Positions 11,088 through 20,917 are shown, counted from the whole stretch's first letter. The stretch is DNA of 61,460 nt, filler included, from Bdellovibrionota bacterium (GCA_963169515.1; 4 parts of 4 records of this genome joined end to end with filler, not necessarily neighbours in it), one strand, 5' to 3'. Notes: generated from the sequence alone by a model not told the origin. Translations and numbers: made by a program.

Positions 11088-11426
11088 ATGGATTGTACTA
11101 TGGCCTACGCGCTGAATTATTTGATTTTTCTCACCCTTGCCACCGCTTGGGGATCTGAGGCCCCTAAACGGGACGAAATTTGGGAATCCACCCGCCAGCA
11201 AATGATCGAATGGTCACAGCAGCTTCAAGTTACCTGTATTCATTGTCATGATGCTAAAAACTACAAGGATGGCTCCATGAAGGCTTTCAAAGTCGCCAAA
11301 GGACATTCTGAAATCGTCCAGCTTCTCAACCGCGACTATAAAAATAAAATCCCAAAGGTGGATTGCTATATGTGCCATCGCGGAAAGGCGATTCCAGATT
11401 ATAAAGAAAAGACTAACCCTTTTTAA
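11088..11426 (+). CDS. Small secreted diheme cytochrome c (reaction-centre cytochrome PufC-like)
   Basis: Signal peptide; M-x6-L-x-V-T-CIHCH and V-D-CYMCHRG-x3-P patterns. Confidence 0.75.
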   Translation: MDCTMAYALNYLIFLTLATAWGSEAPKRDEIWESTRQQMIEWSQQLQVTCIHCHDAKNYKDGSMKAFKVAKGHSEIVQLLNRDYKNKIPKVDCYMCHRGKAIPDYKEKTNPF

Positions 11427-11739
11427 TGGCGTCGAATGCGGCCTTTTGGAACTCATTTTTATCTGTTTTTTTATATGCCTTCTCAACTTCGTCAAGGGGG
11501 CTTCCTGCAGGAACTCCCAGCACCTCATAGGCATCAAAGGTCTCGCCATTAAAGTTAAACAAGACATTTAATTCTTTGCCCTCAGTTTTAAAAAAGCTTG
11601 AGGAATCAAGAGGTTTAGATTTTTTATTGATATCAAATTTACTGTTTGGTTTTTGCTTCCTGTCCTTAAAAAACAAATAAAGAAGCATAATGACAAGCGC
11701 TGAGTTTACCAGTACAAAATAACGCATGAATGTTTCCAT
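11413..11739 (-). CDS. Membrane-anchored protein with truncated DnaJ-like helix
   Basis: N-terminal TM; DAYEVLGV...EVEKAYK; no HPD motif. Confidence 0.65.
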   Translation of the reverse strand: METFMRYFVLVNSALVIMLLYLFFKDRKQKPNSKFDINKKSKPLDSSSFFKTEGKELNVLFNFNGETFDAYEVLGVPAGSPLDEVEKAYKKTDKNEFQKAAFDAIKKG

Positions 11740-11796
11740 TTAAACCGCAAAGCCCCTGTGGGCAATGGATCTTCAGATTATCTGAGAGTCAAAAAT

Positions 11797-12582
11797 ATGT
11801 CTAATCCCTTCGAACAACAAAAAGCCATTCCCGAAGTTAAACACATCATTGCTGTATCCTCGGGCAAGGGTGGGGTTGGAAAGAGCACTGTAACCGCTAA
11901 TCTTTCCATTGCACTTTCTAAACTGGGCGCCAAAGTTGGTCTCTTGGATGCAGATATTTATGGTCCCAGCATTCCAAGGATGTTGGGGGCATTAAACCAA
12001 ATCCCTGAAGTGAATCGAGAAAACAAACTCATCCCAATTAACCGCTTTAACATTGTCTTAATGTCCCTTGGCCTGATGGTCGAAGATAACCAAGCCATTA
12101 TATGGCGAGGTCCAATGTTGTTTAAGGCACTGGAACAGTTCTTAAAAGACGTTCAATGGGGCGCGCTTGATTACCTAGTCATCGACTTACCGCCAGGAAC
12201 CGGCGATGTGCAGTTAACATTGGCCCAAAAAATTCCAATTTCAGGAGCCATTTCAGTTTGTACCCCCCAGAATGTGGCACTGATGGACGTTAAAAGATCT
12301 ATTGATATGTGGAATAAACTAAATGTTCCAGTTTTAGGCTTAGTGGAGAATATGTCTTATTATTTGTCCGAATCAAACGAGAAAATGTCCCTGTTCCCAA
12401 GGGGGGAACTAGACCAGTTCCTTGCGCAAACACAAATCCCGAAGATTGGCGAAATCCCTTTTGTTCCAAAGGTTGCAACAGCTGCAGAAATAGGAATCCC
12501 ATTTGTCGAAAGCGCACCAGACAGTTCCGTCACAAAAGCCTTCTTAGAAATCGCCGAAGCCATTATAAGGAAATGCCCTTAA
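11797..12582 (+). CDS. mrp: Mrp/ApbC/NBP35 family P-loop ATPase
   Basis: SGKGGVGKST, DADIYGPS, WRGPM, DLPPGTGD, ENMS. Confidence 0.93.
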   Translation: MSNPFEQQKAIPEVKHIIAVSSGKGGVGKSTVTANLSIALSKLGAKVGLLDADIYGPSIPRMLGALNQIPEVNRENKLIPINRFNIVLMSLGLMVEDNQAIIWRGPMLFKALEQFLKDVQWGALDYLVIDLPPGTGDVQLTLAQKIPISGAISVCTPQNVALMDVKRSIDMWNKLNVPVLGLVENMSYYLSESNEKMSLFPRGELDQFLAQTQIPKIGEIPFVPKVATAAEIGIPFVESAPDSSVTKAFLEIAEAIIRKCP

Positions 12583-13184
12583 TTGCATACGTCTGCTAGT
12601 TTCGAAGATCCTAATTCGCAGATGGCCGCAAATGAATCGCCGTTATCGAGCTTGAAACGTGTTTGAAATAAATGGGAATGTACCACAGGCAATTGTTCTT
12701 GTAATAAACTGACATCATAAGTTCCAAGTTGTGGCGTCAGACATTCTGGCTGGATGTATTCTTGCCTTGAGCCCATCACAATCTCACTTACAGAAGAATT
12801 GTCGCACACATAAACTTGGGCCTTTTCAATATTGCCAGCCCCATCGACAAATAAATAATGATCATAATCAAAATTCACCGACAAATTTAAAGTGTCATCC
12901 CCACGTAAAATTTTGTGATTCAAATTCAGGTGCGATATTGTACAATACTGACCATAAAAACAATTATCATCTGGGACACGCTCTACGCACACAGTTTCGT
13001 CGTGGATGTACATTACCTCATCTTCTGGCCCCAGATATTGAATTTGGCAGGTAAACGTATCTGTAATATGCACAAATGCATCGGGCTGGCGCTGTTCTTT
13101 AATTCGCGTTCGATTTGAAAACTCACCGCACGAGGTAAAAAGCAAACCCATCACTACAAAGGTCATAAGGATCAGATTTCGCAT
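12579..13184 (-). CDS. Hypothetical Cys-rich lipoprotein
   Basis: 201-aa ORF, lipobox FTSC. Confidence 0.7.
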   Translation of the reverse strand: MRNLILMTFVVMGLLFTSCGEFSNRTRIKEQRQPDAFVHITDTFTCQIQYLGPEDEVMYIHDETVCVERVPDDNCFYGQYCTISHLNLNHKILRGDDTLNLSVNFDYDHYLFVDGAGNIEKAQVYVCDNSSVSEIVMGSRQEYIQPECLTPQLGTYDVSLLQEQLPVVHSHLFQTRFKLDNGDSFAAICELGSSKLADVCN

Positions 13185-13256
13185 GAAGAAATGCTAGCAA
13201 AGATCCGCCGCCCGGACAAATGAAACAATGCTTCACGAAAGGGAACGGCGTACCTT

Positions 13257-14555
13257 TTACAGTTGGACGTAGTTGTCGGAGGTTAGAGAAAGTTGTGCTG
13301 GAACTTCTACGTAGATTGTTTTTTCAACACCTTTTTTAGTGGAAACAATCATTTTATACTTTCCCGGTTCCAGGACTTTGTAAAACTCTCCACCCACAAA
13401 GTTAAAATGACCGCGGCTCGCATTAGATAGGTACTCTACAAGTTCAACAGAGCCCTCTGTAGCCTTATCGTCAAAGCGAAATCCAGTTCCCTGATGTACG
13501 GCTGCAATAAATTCTAACAGTGCTGGACGGTTTGCTGACCAGTAAGTTGGCATTGATGAAAACGAGGCCCATTTTGTGTTCGATAGTTCAATTGTGAATT
13601 GCAGGTCATTGTGCCAATAGTAGCTCCAGTCTTGCATTCCACCGTTTACTTCGTACCAAGAGTACCCGTTAGTGATACCCTGTTGGAATTCATTTGAATT
13701 GTAGATGTACGGAACTAATTTTGAATATCGTAGGCTCAAATCTATAACCATAGATTCAAATGGAAATGCGTCCGGAAGCGTGTCCCACACATAGTTTACA
13801 ACTTCAGCGCCACCGTGAAAATTTACTGACAGCGCAATCTGCCTGCCCGCTTCCCATTTCATGATTGCTTGCGTTTCAGCAGCACGGCCAACGGGAGAGT
13901 TTTGATTATCACTTGTTGAAAAATCGGGAAAATCACGATTCAAATCTACTCCACTGGCGTTCCAGCGCTGACGTGAATTGGACCCATCCGGATTCATACT
14001 TGGCATAATGTAGATTTCAGTATTGTTCACCAGGTCTGTGATTCGCGCGTCTTTCCCGTAGTTGTCGCAGATATCATTTAATAAACGCATCATCAAATCG
14101 CGCCCCGTGATTTCATCGCCATGCATAGAGGAAATATATTTAAATTCTGGCTCGGTCTCATCAATATTCGGGTTATCAGAAACTTTTACGAATAAAAGAT
14201 TACGACCTTTTACGGATTTTCCAATGTTTTCAACCTGCATGATGCTGGAACATTTGGCCACCAGCACCTTAATTTGCGACTCAATCTCTTCTGCTGTTGG
14301 GTGATCTGGGCCCAGATTCGCATCTTTTAGACTTGCTTCGTTTATGTGAGGGATGTTCATTTTCGTTAAATATTCGCCTAAGCCCGCTGGCCCATAAATC
14401 TCATAACCCTCATAATTCACATGATCGATGACCAGCTCTGGCCTCTTAAAGCTTTCGATATATCGTTTATCGGAATCCAAAACACGATAGCCCTCAGCAA
14501 GCTGCGCGTCTGCATTTTGGTTAAATAAAGCCAAAGCTAAAATGAGAAGACTCAT
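13257..14555 (-). CDS. Secreted zinc carboxypeptidase, M14 family (CPD/CPE-like)
   Basis: Signal peptide, HGDE, DLNRDF, FHGG, GGMQDWSY, ELS. Confidence 0.92.
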   Translation of the reverse strand: MSLLILALALFNQNADAQLAEGYRVLDSDKRYIESFKRPELVIDHVNYEGYEIYGPAGLGEYLTKMNIPHINEASLKDANLGPDHPTAEEIESQIKVLVAKCSSIMQVENIGKSVKGRNLLFVKVSDNPNIDETEPEFKYISSMHGDEITGRDLMMRLLNDICDNYGKDARITDLVNNTEIYIMPSMNPDGSNSRQRWNASGVDLNRDFPDFSTSDNQNSPVGRAAETQAIMKWEAGRQIALSVNFHGGAEVVNYVWDTLPDAFPFESMVIDLSLRYSKLVPYIYNSNEFQQGITNGYSWYEVNGGMQDWSYYWHNDLQFTIELSNTKWASFSSMPTYWSANRPALLEFIAAVHQGTGFRFDDKATEGSVELVEYLSNASRGHFNFVGGEFYKVLEPGKYKMIVSTKKGVEKTIYVEVPAQLSLTSDNYVQL

Positions 14556-14624
14556 ATCCCCCCCCCGGGTTTATGAAAATATCATATTGCGATCAGATTC
14601 GAGATGTCAAAAGGTTCCAGATTT

Positions 14625-15479
14625 TTATTCTGGGATTAAGATACGATTACCCACGTTTATTCGCGAGGAATTCCTCAGGTTATTAGCCACCAACAGTTCC
14701 TGTAGTGTTACACGGTATCTTTTGGCAATTCGGGTTAGATTTTCACCGCGTCGAACCACGTGAATTCGACTGTCATGAGCAGCTTTATTCGCAGAAGAAA
14801 TTTTTCGTTCAGCAGAAATTTTTCTTAAGTTTTTCTTAGGCAACCTAACCGTAACTTTAGCGTCTCCATCAACCTCAGAATATTTTTCAAAGCCATGGCC
14901 GAGCGGAACCTTAATATACCTGCCTGCGCGAATCATGGTACTGCGACCCATATTATTTAATTCTTTTAATCGTCCCATTGATGTGCGAAATCGGCGTGCA
15001 ATCGTGGACAGCGTGTCCCCACGGCGCACCCTAACTCGGCCATAGTTATTGGATTGAAGCTTTGCTAAAAAGGCCTGGTTTTCAATGTAGCTCCCCGCCA
15101 GTGCCACCAAGGCCTGTTCCTTTGTTTTTGGCGGAATACGGATCGTTAGAATTTTCTCTGAATATTTGGGCGCATACGCTGTCGTAAATTGTGGGTTCAA
15201 TAATTTAATGTCTTCATAATCCACGCCCATATCTTTCGACAATTTCTTCAAATAAACGGATTTTTCAGCTACAATTTCTTCAAACTGGATCGGATCTTGA
15301 AAACCGAGGTTTTCAAAACCATAGTTTGCAGGGTTTTCAGCAATCAAACGTGCCGCCAAAAATTTAGGAACGTAATTAACAGTCTCACGGTGCAAGGCCC
15401 TTCTGTTTTCAACGAGATCAAAAAAGTTTCGAGTTTGATAGCGCACCACCGATCGGGCAACTCGGTTTTCACCGCCGTT
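14625..15479 (-). CDS. LysM-domain lytic transglycosylase, MltD-like (5' truncated)
   Basis: NGGENRV at the contig edge, ETVNYVPKF, two LysM repeats (VRRGDTL, VRRGENL). Confidence 0.88.
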   Translation of the reverse strand, partial: NGGENRVARSVVRYQTRNFFDLVENRRALHRETVNYVPKFLAARLIAENPANYGFENLGFQDPIQFEEIVAEKSVYLKKLSKDMGVDYEDIKLLNPQFTTAYAPKYSEKILTIRIPPKTKEQALVALAGSYIENQAFLAKLQSNNYGRVRVRRGDTLSTIARRFRTSMGRLKELNNMGRSTMIRAGRYIKVPLGHGFEKYSEVDGDAKVTVRLPKKNLRKISAERKISSANKAAHDSRIHVVRRGENLTRIAKRYRVTLQELLVANNLRNSSRINVGNRILIPE

Positions 15480-15480
15480 A

Positions 15481-15580
15481 NNNNNNNNNNNNNNNNNNNN
15501 NNNNNNNNNNNNNNNNNNNNNNNNTTAATTAATTAANNNNNNNNNNNNNNNNNNNNNNNNNNNNNNNNNNNNNNNNNNNN
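15481..15580. other. Artificial contig linker
   Basis: N-run containing TTAATTAATTAA (stops in all six frames). Confidence 0.99.
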
Positions 15581-15810
15581 CCCGTGACAATTTCACCGTC
15601 TTTGTCTCTCATCGCAACGGCAAAGGAATACATATGTACAGGATCAAGGGGCTGACTGCCCAACACCGCCACGGGTTGGGTTACTCTTTCCACCTTTTCA
15701 ATTTTTCCAGAAACCGTACGGGCGAATAAATAATCATAATATTTGAACACCATGTATCCCATAAGCGCTAAAATCAAAATCATAACCAAAAAGCCGACGG
15801 ATTTTTTCAT
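15581..15810 (-). CDS. Hypothetical membrane-anchored protein (3' truncated)
   Basis: ATG, N-terminal TM helix, runs into the linker. Confidence 0.65.
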
Positions 15811-15953
15811 CTTATATCAACTAATAGCTAACTTAGACTTTGGCGTCACGGTTAAAGTTAGCCGATTTGAAGAAAGCGTAAATGCTGCCTCATGCTCTCA
15901 TAGCATATCTGTCGCATAACAAAGCGTTCTAAGGTTTAAAAAAAGGAAGTCTG

Positions 15954-16421
15954 ATGAAAATGCTTGGTTTTGTATTGGTTTTTGCGCTTCCACAAAGCGT
16001 CCATGGAAAAGCGGCGGTTGATATTCGATGTCTTGTGAGTCTCGCCCAACAGGTCGGACCATCTAGCAACACATTTTCTCTCGATACGTCACCTCTTCCG
16101 GTTATATTTAATTATTCTTCAAACGAAGGGAAAAAGACCGTCCTGCTGGTTGCAGAAAGGTCCGGCATAATCACGCCTGGAATCGAACGATATTCTTTGC
16201 GAAGCGCAAAGGCCGGTGACGACCCCACTGTATCCATTGTTCTAGACTTTAAAGACTACAAAGATATCGAACCACGCATATCTACAGAAATGTCTTCTGA
16301 TGATGCCATCACTTCCTCAGTTGGAATGAGTCTAAGAAACTTTGGATACGCACAGGGTGTAATGGTGAAATTAAAAAAGTTTTGGGGGTTGGTAACCCTA
16401 AGCTGCCTAAGGTTGAACTAG
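15954..16421 (+). CDS. Hypothetical secreted protein
   Basis: AAGGAAG RBS, signal-like N-terminus, 155 aa. Confidence 0.65.
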   Translation: MKMLGFVLVFALPQSVHGKAAVDIRCLVSLAQQVGPSSNTFSLDTSPLPVIFNYSSNEGKKTVLLVAERSGIITPGIERYSLRSAKAGDDPTVSIVLDFKDYKDIEPRISTEMSSDDAITSSVGMSLRNFGYAQGVMVKLKKFWGLVTLSCLRLN

Positions 16422-17353
16422 GGCCTTTTTTTTCTATTCACATACCAAGATAGAAATCCAGACGCCGCAAGAGTTCCCAATATAAAAAGCAGGGACGCCC
16501 CAGTCGGAACATGATACCATTTTACGATCAACATTTTCGTCCCAACAAATGCGAGAATAATGGCAAGGCCCTGTTTCAAATAGCGAAACTGCGCCACGGC
16601 ACCGGCAATTAGAAAATAAAACGCACGAAGCCCTAAAATAGCCATTATGTTTGACGAATAGGCCACAAAAGAGTCCTGAGTCAGGGCAAGAACTGCGGGG
16701 ATGGAGTCTACGGCAAACACCAAATCCGCGGCCTCTACCGTAAGCAATACGATGAACAACGGCGTTGCCTTACGAACATTGTCCTCGTAAACAAAGAACT
16801 TTTCCCCGTGAAGTCTTGCCGTCACTGGAAGATATTTTTGTAAGATCTTTACAAATTTCTTTTCGTGAATGTGGATTTTTTCTTCCTCTTCTTCGAATAA
16901 GAATTTATACGCTGTAAATATTAAGAACGCGCCGAAAAGATACAACACCCATTCGAATTTATGAATCAAGGCCGCACCAAAAATAATCAGAACTCCGCGG
17001 GCAACAATAGCCCCCAATATCCCCCAAAACAAAACCCGATGCTGGTACTGTGTTTGAATTTGAAATGCCTGAAAGGCCATTAAAATTACGAATAAATTAT
17101 CAAAACTTAAACTTAGCTCTACAACATAGCCAGATAAAAACTCCATGCCGAGCTTTGCTCCGTAACGACTCGCAAACCAGGCATTGAAACCAAGGCTGAT
17201 TGCGACAACAATTGCGCTCATGGTAATTGCTGATTTAAATGTCACTTCATGGGCTTTGCGATTCAAAACGAATAAATCAAGGAACAAAAACGCCAATACT
17301 CCACCCGTAAAAGTTGTCCAAAGTTCAGGCTCAACGACTGTTGGTAGATTCAA
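16418..17353 (-). CDS. TerC/Alx family membrane protein
   Basis: LSFDNLFV, QHRVLFWGILGA, DLVFAVDSIPA, ILGLRA; AGGAGG RBS. Confidence 0.95.
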   Translation of the reverse strand: MNLPTVVEPELWTTFTGGVLAFLFLDLFVLNRKAHEVTFKSAITMSAIVVAISLGFNAWFASRYGAKLGMEFLSGYVVELSLSFDNLFVILMAFQAFQIQTQYQHRVLFWGILGAIVARGVLIIFGAALIHKFEWVLYLFGAFLIFTAYKFLFEEEEEKIHIHEKKFVKILQKYLPVTARLHGEKFFVYEDNVRKATPLFIVLLTVEAADLVFAVDSIPAVLALTQDSFVAYSSNIMAILGLRAFYFLIAGAVAQFRYLKQGLAIILAFVGTKMLIVKWYHVPTGASLLFILGTLAASGFLSWYVNRKKRP

Positions 17354-17456
17354 CCAGACCTCCTAAAAAATACTTATATCGTCTCAGTTTAATACAGGTG
17401 AATTTATGTCATGTCCATTTAGAACCGAAAAAGTAAATGAAGCAAGGGGGCATTTA

Positions 17457-17750
17457 ATGTACACAACCGACAGTATTTCAGGCCTTTGTAATTTTTTAAA
17501 AACAACCCCAGAAAACGCACTTAAAAAAATGTTTGTTGCTGGTGACTTTACTGATGGCCATTTGCGCCTTATTTTAAAAGTTTGCAGGGCTGCCCCAGAA
17601 GCTGAGTTTATGACCTACTTCAATGACGAAAAACTTCCTCAAATGTTCAAGCTCAGCCCTGGTGAAAAAAAAGCTCAGGAAAACTTTTGGCCCGTTTGCA
17701 AAAAAAAATTTGAACAACTGGGCCTTATCGTCGTCGGAAAAGCAGCATAA
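17457..17750 (+). CDS. Hypothetical protein
   Basis: ATG 17457 after AAGGGGG RBS; fills the intergenic gap. Confidence 0.65.
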   Translation: MYTTDSISGLCNFLKTTPENALKKMFVAGDFTDGHLRLILKVCRAAPEAEFMTYFNDEKLPQMFKLSPGEKKAQENFWPVCKKKFEQLGLIVVGKAA

Positions 17751-17754
17751 GTTT

Positions 17755-18633
17755 CTAGTGGACTAAAAATTTTGATACGCTTGGTATGTCTGCAACACAG
17801 TGACCTGCCCAGGACGGATGCCAATCAACGCTTCCCCGACGAGATTTAATAATCTTCGAAAGTTTTTCGTTGCCTTCAAAGGTCAGGTATTCATCTTTCA
17901 TCCCTGCCGCTAAATAATACTGTGGCGCCGTTTTTGAGTCCAAATTTTTTGCAAGATTCATTGGATCAGATGCCGCCCAATCCTGTGCTGTTGGAAAAAA
18001 CGCTTGCCCCAACTGAGAAATTCCAGCGAAGGTTTGATAGATTAAATCAGGAGCCGAATCTTTTAAATTTTTCCACGCTGTGGTTGTTTCAACATAGGCC
18101 TTCACCTCTTCTGGCGTTGAAAACGGAGTAATATCGGCGACCGGAGCACAAAGTGCCGCTACACGGTCAAACAAATTTGTCCTCATAGAAAGCACAAGAG
18201 AATTCACCCCGCCCATAGATTCACCCAACAAAAGACGCCTTCCCTTTACTCCGCCAAGCTCTTTTTCAATTCGCGGCAGGAGATAGCCGACAACATATTC
18301 AAACAATCCGCTTCGCGGGCTTTGATTTTTTGGGGCCAGCAACCAAATCGGACCAAAAGAAATACTTACAACCGTCGGGGCGTGCTTTTTTCGTCGCTTC
18401 CAGTCTCTTTGTATTTCGCCTGTGTAATAATGCTCTTGCGACCATCGCAATTCATTGCCATTGCGCCCATGAAAATAATAAAGAATGTCTCGGTTTTTAA
18501 ACCAACCGGAAGAATCCGTTGGTTTGTGTACGCAGTATTTTACCGGAACAGGCTGGGTAAGGGCCGTACACGCTGGTTCGCTTGCAAGTACTGGCGTCAC
18601 CCACAGAATTAAACCTACAAAAAATATTCTCAT
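17755..18633 (-). CDS. Secreted alpha/beta hydrolase (esterase family)
   Basis: Signal peptide, YYFHG, nucleophile elbow GESMGG, C-terminal GH. Confidence 0.85.
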   Translation of the reverse strand: MRIFFVGLILWVTPVLASEPACTALTQPVPVKYCVHKPTDSSGWFKNRDILYYFHGRNGNELRWSQEHYYTGEIQRDWKRRKKHAPTVVSISFGPIWLLAPKNQSPRSGLFEYVVGYLLPRIEKELGGVKGRRLLLGESMGGVNSLVLSMRTNLFDRVAALCAPVADITPFSTPEEVKAYVETTTAWKNLKDSAPDLIYQTFAGISQLGQAFFPTAQDWAASDPMNLAKNLDSKTAPQYYLAAGMKDEYLTFEGNEKLSKIIKSRRGSVDWHPSWAGHCVADIPSVSKFLVH

Positions 18634-18643
18634 ATTAGCTCCC

Positions 18644-20008
18644 TTATTTAAGCCAGCGCCTAGCATAATCTACAAACAATTTTCTTGCTAAAGCAACTTG
18701 AGAATTGCCCCCATCAGAGCCTAAATCATCACAATGGGCCGCGCCCTCTATCACCATGGTTTCCATTTGCGGAAAAAGCTTTTCTGTAATGGACAGATTC
18801 ATCCACGGATCTTCGCTACCGTTTGTGTAAAAAATATTTGAGGATACGGGGTTTAAAAGAGGCTTATAGAAAGTTCTGTTTGTTATGTCTACGTTCCCCA
18901 ACTGAGTAAAGCCAAACAATCTCTTACACGCGTTTGTGTGATAAGCCGCATTGATACGCGCAGACCGAGCGCTTTCTGCCGAATTTGAGTACGCATTTTG
19001 CCAAAAACCGTATTCTGTGCAGCTTTGATATAGCCATTGGCGCATACCGATCCCGCCCGGGTCATAAGAGGTATCCTCTGCCGCTTGGACACTCAAGCCG
19101 ACAAGGTTTCCAAAAAGCTGCGCGACCATGGTCGCCGCTTTGCCGTAACCAATAAGCCCTTCACTTTGAACATAATTGCAAAATTGTTCCCGCATTCCGT
19201 ACTGAACAGCCGCCGCTGCGGTGTCCGCAACAAGGTACAAAAAGTCATCTACCTCGCGAAGGGGTTCTGCGGTAAAAATCTTTTTTGCGTTTTCAAACCC
19301 TTCCGCAGTTGTAACCATATTTTCAACCTCTGCCACGACAGATTTCACCGCCGCCAGACATTCGGGCCCCGCCATTTTGGCAACATGGCGATCGTATTCT
19401 TCAAAGTTATTTTCTGCCATAACTGGGCCAGAGGAAGACAAGGCCCCAACAAATTCATTCGGATATTGCGACCGAATATATGCCGCCAATATCCCCGCAT
19501 AACTACCGCCCACGGCAATCCACTTGCCCGTGAAGCCAAGATTTTCTGAAGCATATTTTTTGAATGTTACTAGGTCTTCGAGCGCCTGCCGTGTGCTGAG
19601 ATACTTTAAATTTTTAGTTTCAAGATTGTCAAACGGCTGGCTTTTTCCATAATATCTATGTTCAAGGGTTGCAAGGCGAGCGCCCAGTTTTTTTGCGTGG
19701 TTTGCGATGGACTGCAAATAGCTTCCGCTACATTCCGCTTCCCCGCAGATGTAGAGTAACACTGGGGCTTCGCTGTTCAAAGCATACGCGTTGTCATACC
19801 AATATCGCTGTGAAAATGTTCGCGGATCACTTGCATTGGCATGATCCAGTTTTTGCTGGATCATTCCCGTAACGGCCGTCGTAGATTCGCTTTTAATGGT
19901 CTGCTGCTGTTTCCATTTCCAATATAGAAATTCTTTTGGATCGGCCTGTGCGGCAAGCGTAAATGAAACTGCGTAAAAAATTGTAAACGAAATTAAAAGT
20001 AACTTCAC
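18644..20008 (-). CDS. Serine carboxypeptidase, S28 family
   Basis: QKLDH, FSQRY, EHRYYGKS, GGSYAG, NGSEDPW, AHCDDL. Confidence 0.92.
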   Translation of the reverse strand: MKLLLISFTIFYAVSFTLAAQADPKEFLYWKWKQQQTIKSESTTAVTGMIQQKLDHANASDPRTFSQRYWYDNAYALNSEAPVLLYICGEAECSGSYLQSIANHAKKLGARLATLEHRYYGKSQPFDNLETKNLKYLSTRQALEDLVTFKKYASENLGFTGKWIAVGGSYAGILAAYIRSQYPNEFVGALSSSGPVMAENNFEEYDRHVAKMAGPECLAAVKSVVAEVENMVTTAEGFENAKKIFTAEPLREVDDFLYLVADTAAAAVQYGMREQFCNYVQSEGLIGYGKAATMVAQLFGNLVGLSVQAAEDTSYDPGGIGMRQWLYQSCTEYGFWQNAYSNSAESARSARINAAYHTNACKRLFGFTQLGNVDITNRTFYKPLLNPVSSNIFYTNGSEDPWMNLSITEKLFPQMETMVIEGAAHCDDLGSDGGNSQVALARKLFVDYARRWLK

Positions 20009-20313
20009 TTTCCCCCCTCGTCAAAACCGTGCTGCTGCAATATAGCAGGAGCAATTTGCCGATCAAGGAATTTTGGGCTCTTATCGGTTGGTGGTGGGAC
20101 GCAGTGTTTCTTCTCCATGAAGAAAGGCCGCGTTAACAATAAAGGAGTCCACAAATGAAATTCTTTAAATATTAAAGCACGAGAAAAAATTAATGACTGT
20201 TGGGGAAAACATACGGGCATCGACGAACACACTTGGAAAAGGCAACGTAGAACCCAATTTGCCCCAATTGGATTTAAATTGCCATGGGGTGGTTTTTGCA
20301 TATAACAAGAAGC

Positions 20314-20883
20314 ATGGCAAAAGTTGCTGTCATAGTTGGAAGCCTTCGCAAAGATTCTTTTAATCGCAAAATGGCAGAGAATCTTATTGGGCTTGCGCCA
20401 AAATCACTCACTCTTACAATCGTGGAAATATCCGGACTCTCACTTTACAATCAGGATCTTGAAGACAATCCGCCTGCGGGATGGGTTGAGTTTCGCAATC
20501 AAATACGCGCTTTTGACGGGGTGCTATTCGTGACCCCAGAATACAATAGGTCGATCCCTGGGGTGCTGAAAAACGCAATTGATATCGGGTCGCGCCCCCC
20601 TGCCCAAAACATTTGGGACGGCAAGCCCGGCGCAATTGTAAGCGTAACCCCTGGTTCTCTCGGCGCGCTGGCCGCCAATCAACATTTACGACTGAGCCTG
20701 TCTGCCGTTAACATCCCCGTTATGCCAAAACCCGAAGCTTACATCGGGGGCGCGGATAAGCTATTTGATAAAGAAGATAATATAATTCCAGAATCAACCC
20801 GTGAGCACATGAAAAAATTCATGCTTGCGTTTGCTGAATGGATTAATCGGAACGCGAAGCCTTCTTCTGGCGTACCTCTTTGA
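20314..20883 (+). CDS. NADPH-dependent FMN reductase (ChrR-like)
   Basis: GSLRKDSFNR, TPEYNRSIPGVLKNAID. Confidence 0.93.
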   Translation: MAKVAVIVGSLRKDSFNRKMAENLIGLAPKSLTLTIVEISGLSLYNQDLEDNPPAGWVEFRNQIRAFDGVLFVTPEYNRSIPGVLKNAIDIGSRPPAQNIWDGKPGAIVSVTPGSLGALAANQHLRLSLSAVNIPVMPKPEAYIGGADKLFDKEDNIIPESTREHMKKFMLAFAEWINRNAKPSSGVPL

Positions 20884-20917
20884 CTTTGTCAGTGTCTTGT
20901 CTTACCAAGGACACATT

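Noticed and set aside
15481..15580. TTAATTAATTAA palindrome within N-runs (also at 35912-36011 and 55111-55210)
   Set aside because: Artificial six-frame-stop linker; adjacency across it has no biological meaning, and ORF extensions containing X are artefacts
17354..17456. yybP-ykoY riboswitch expected upstream of TerC/Alx
   Set aside because: The intergenic region is short, AT-rich and shows no matching structure
20005..20301. 98-aa minus ORF and the RBS-led mini-ORF MKFFKY at 20155-20175
   Set aside because: No protein-like features or supporting structure; treated as intergenic
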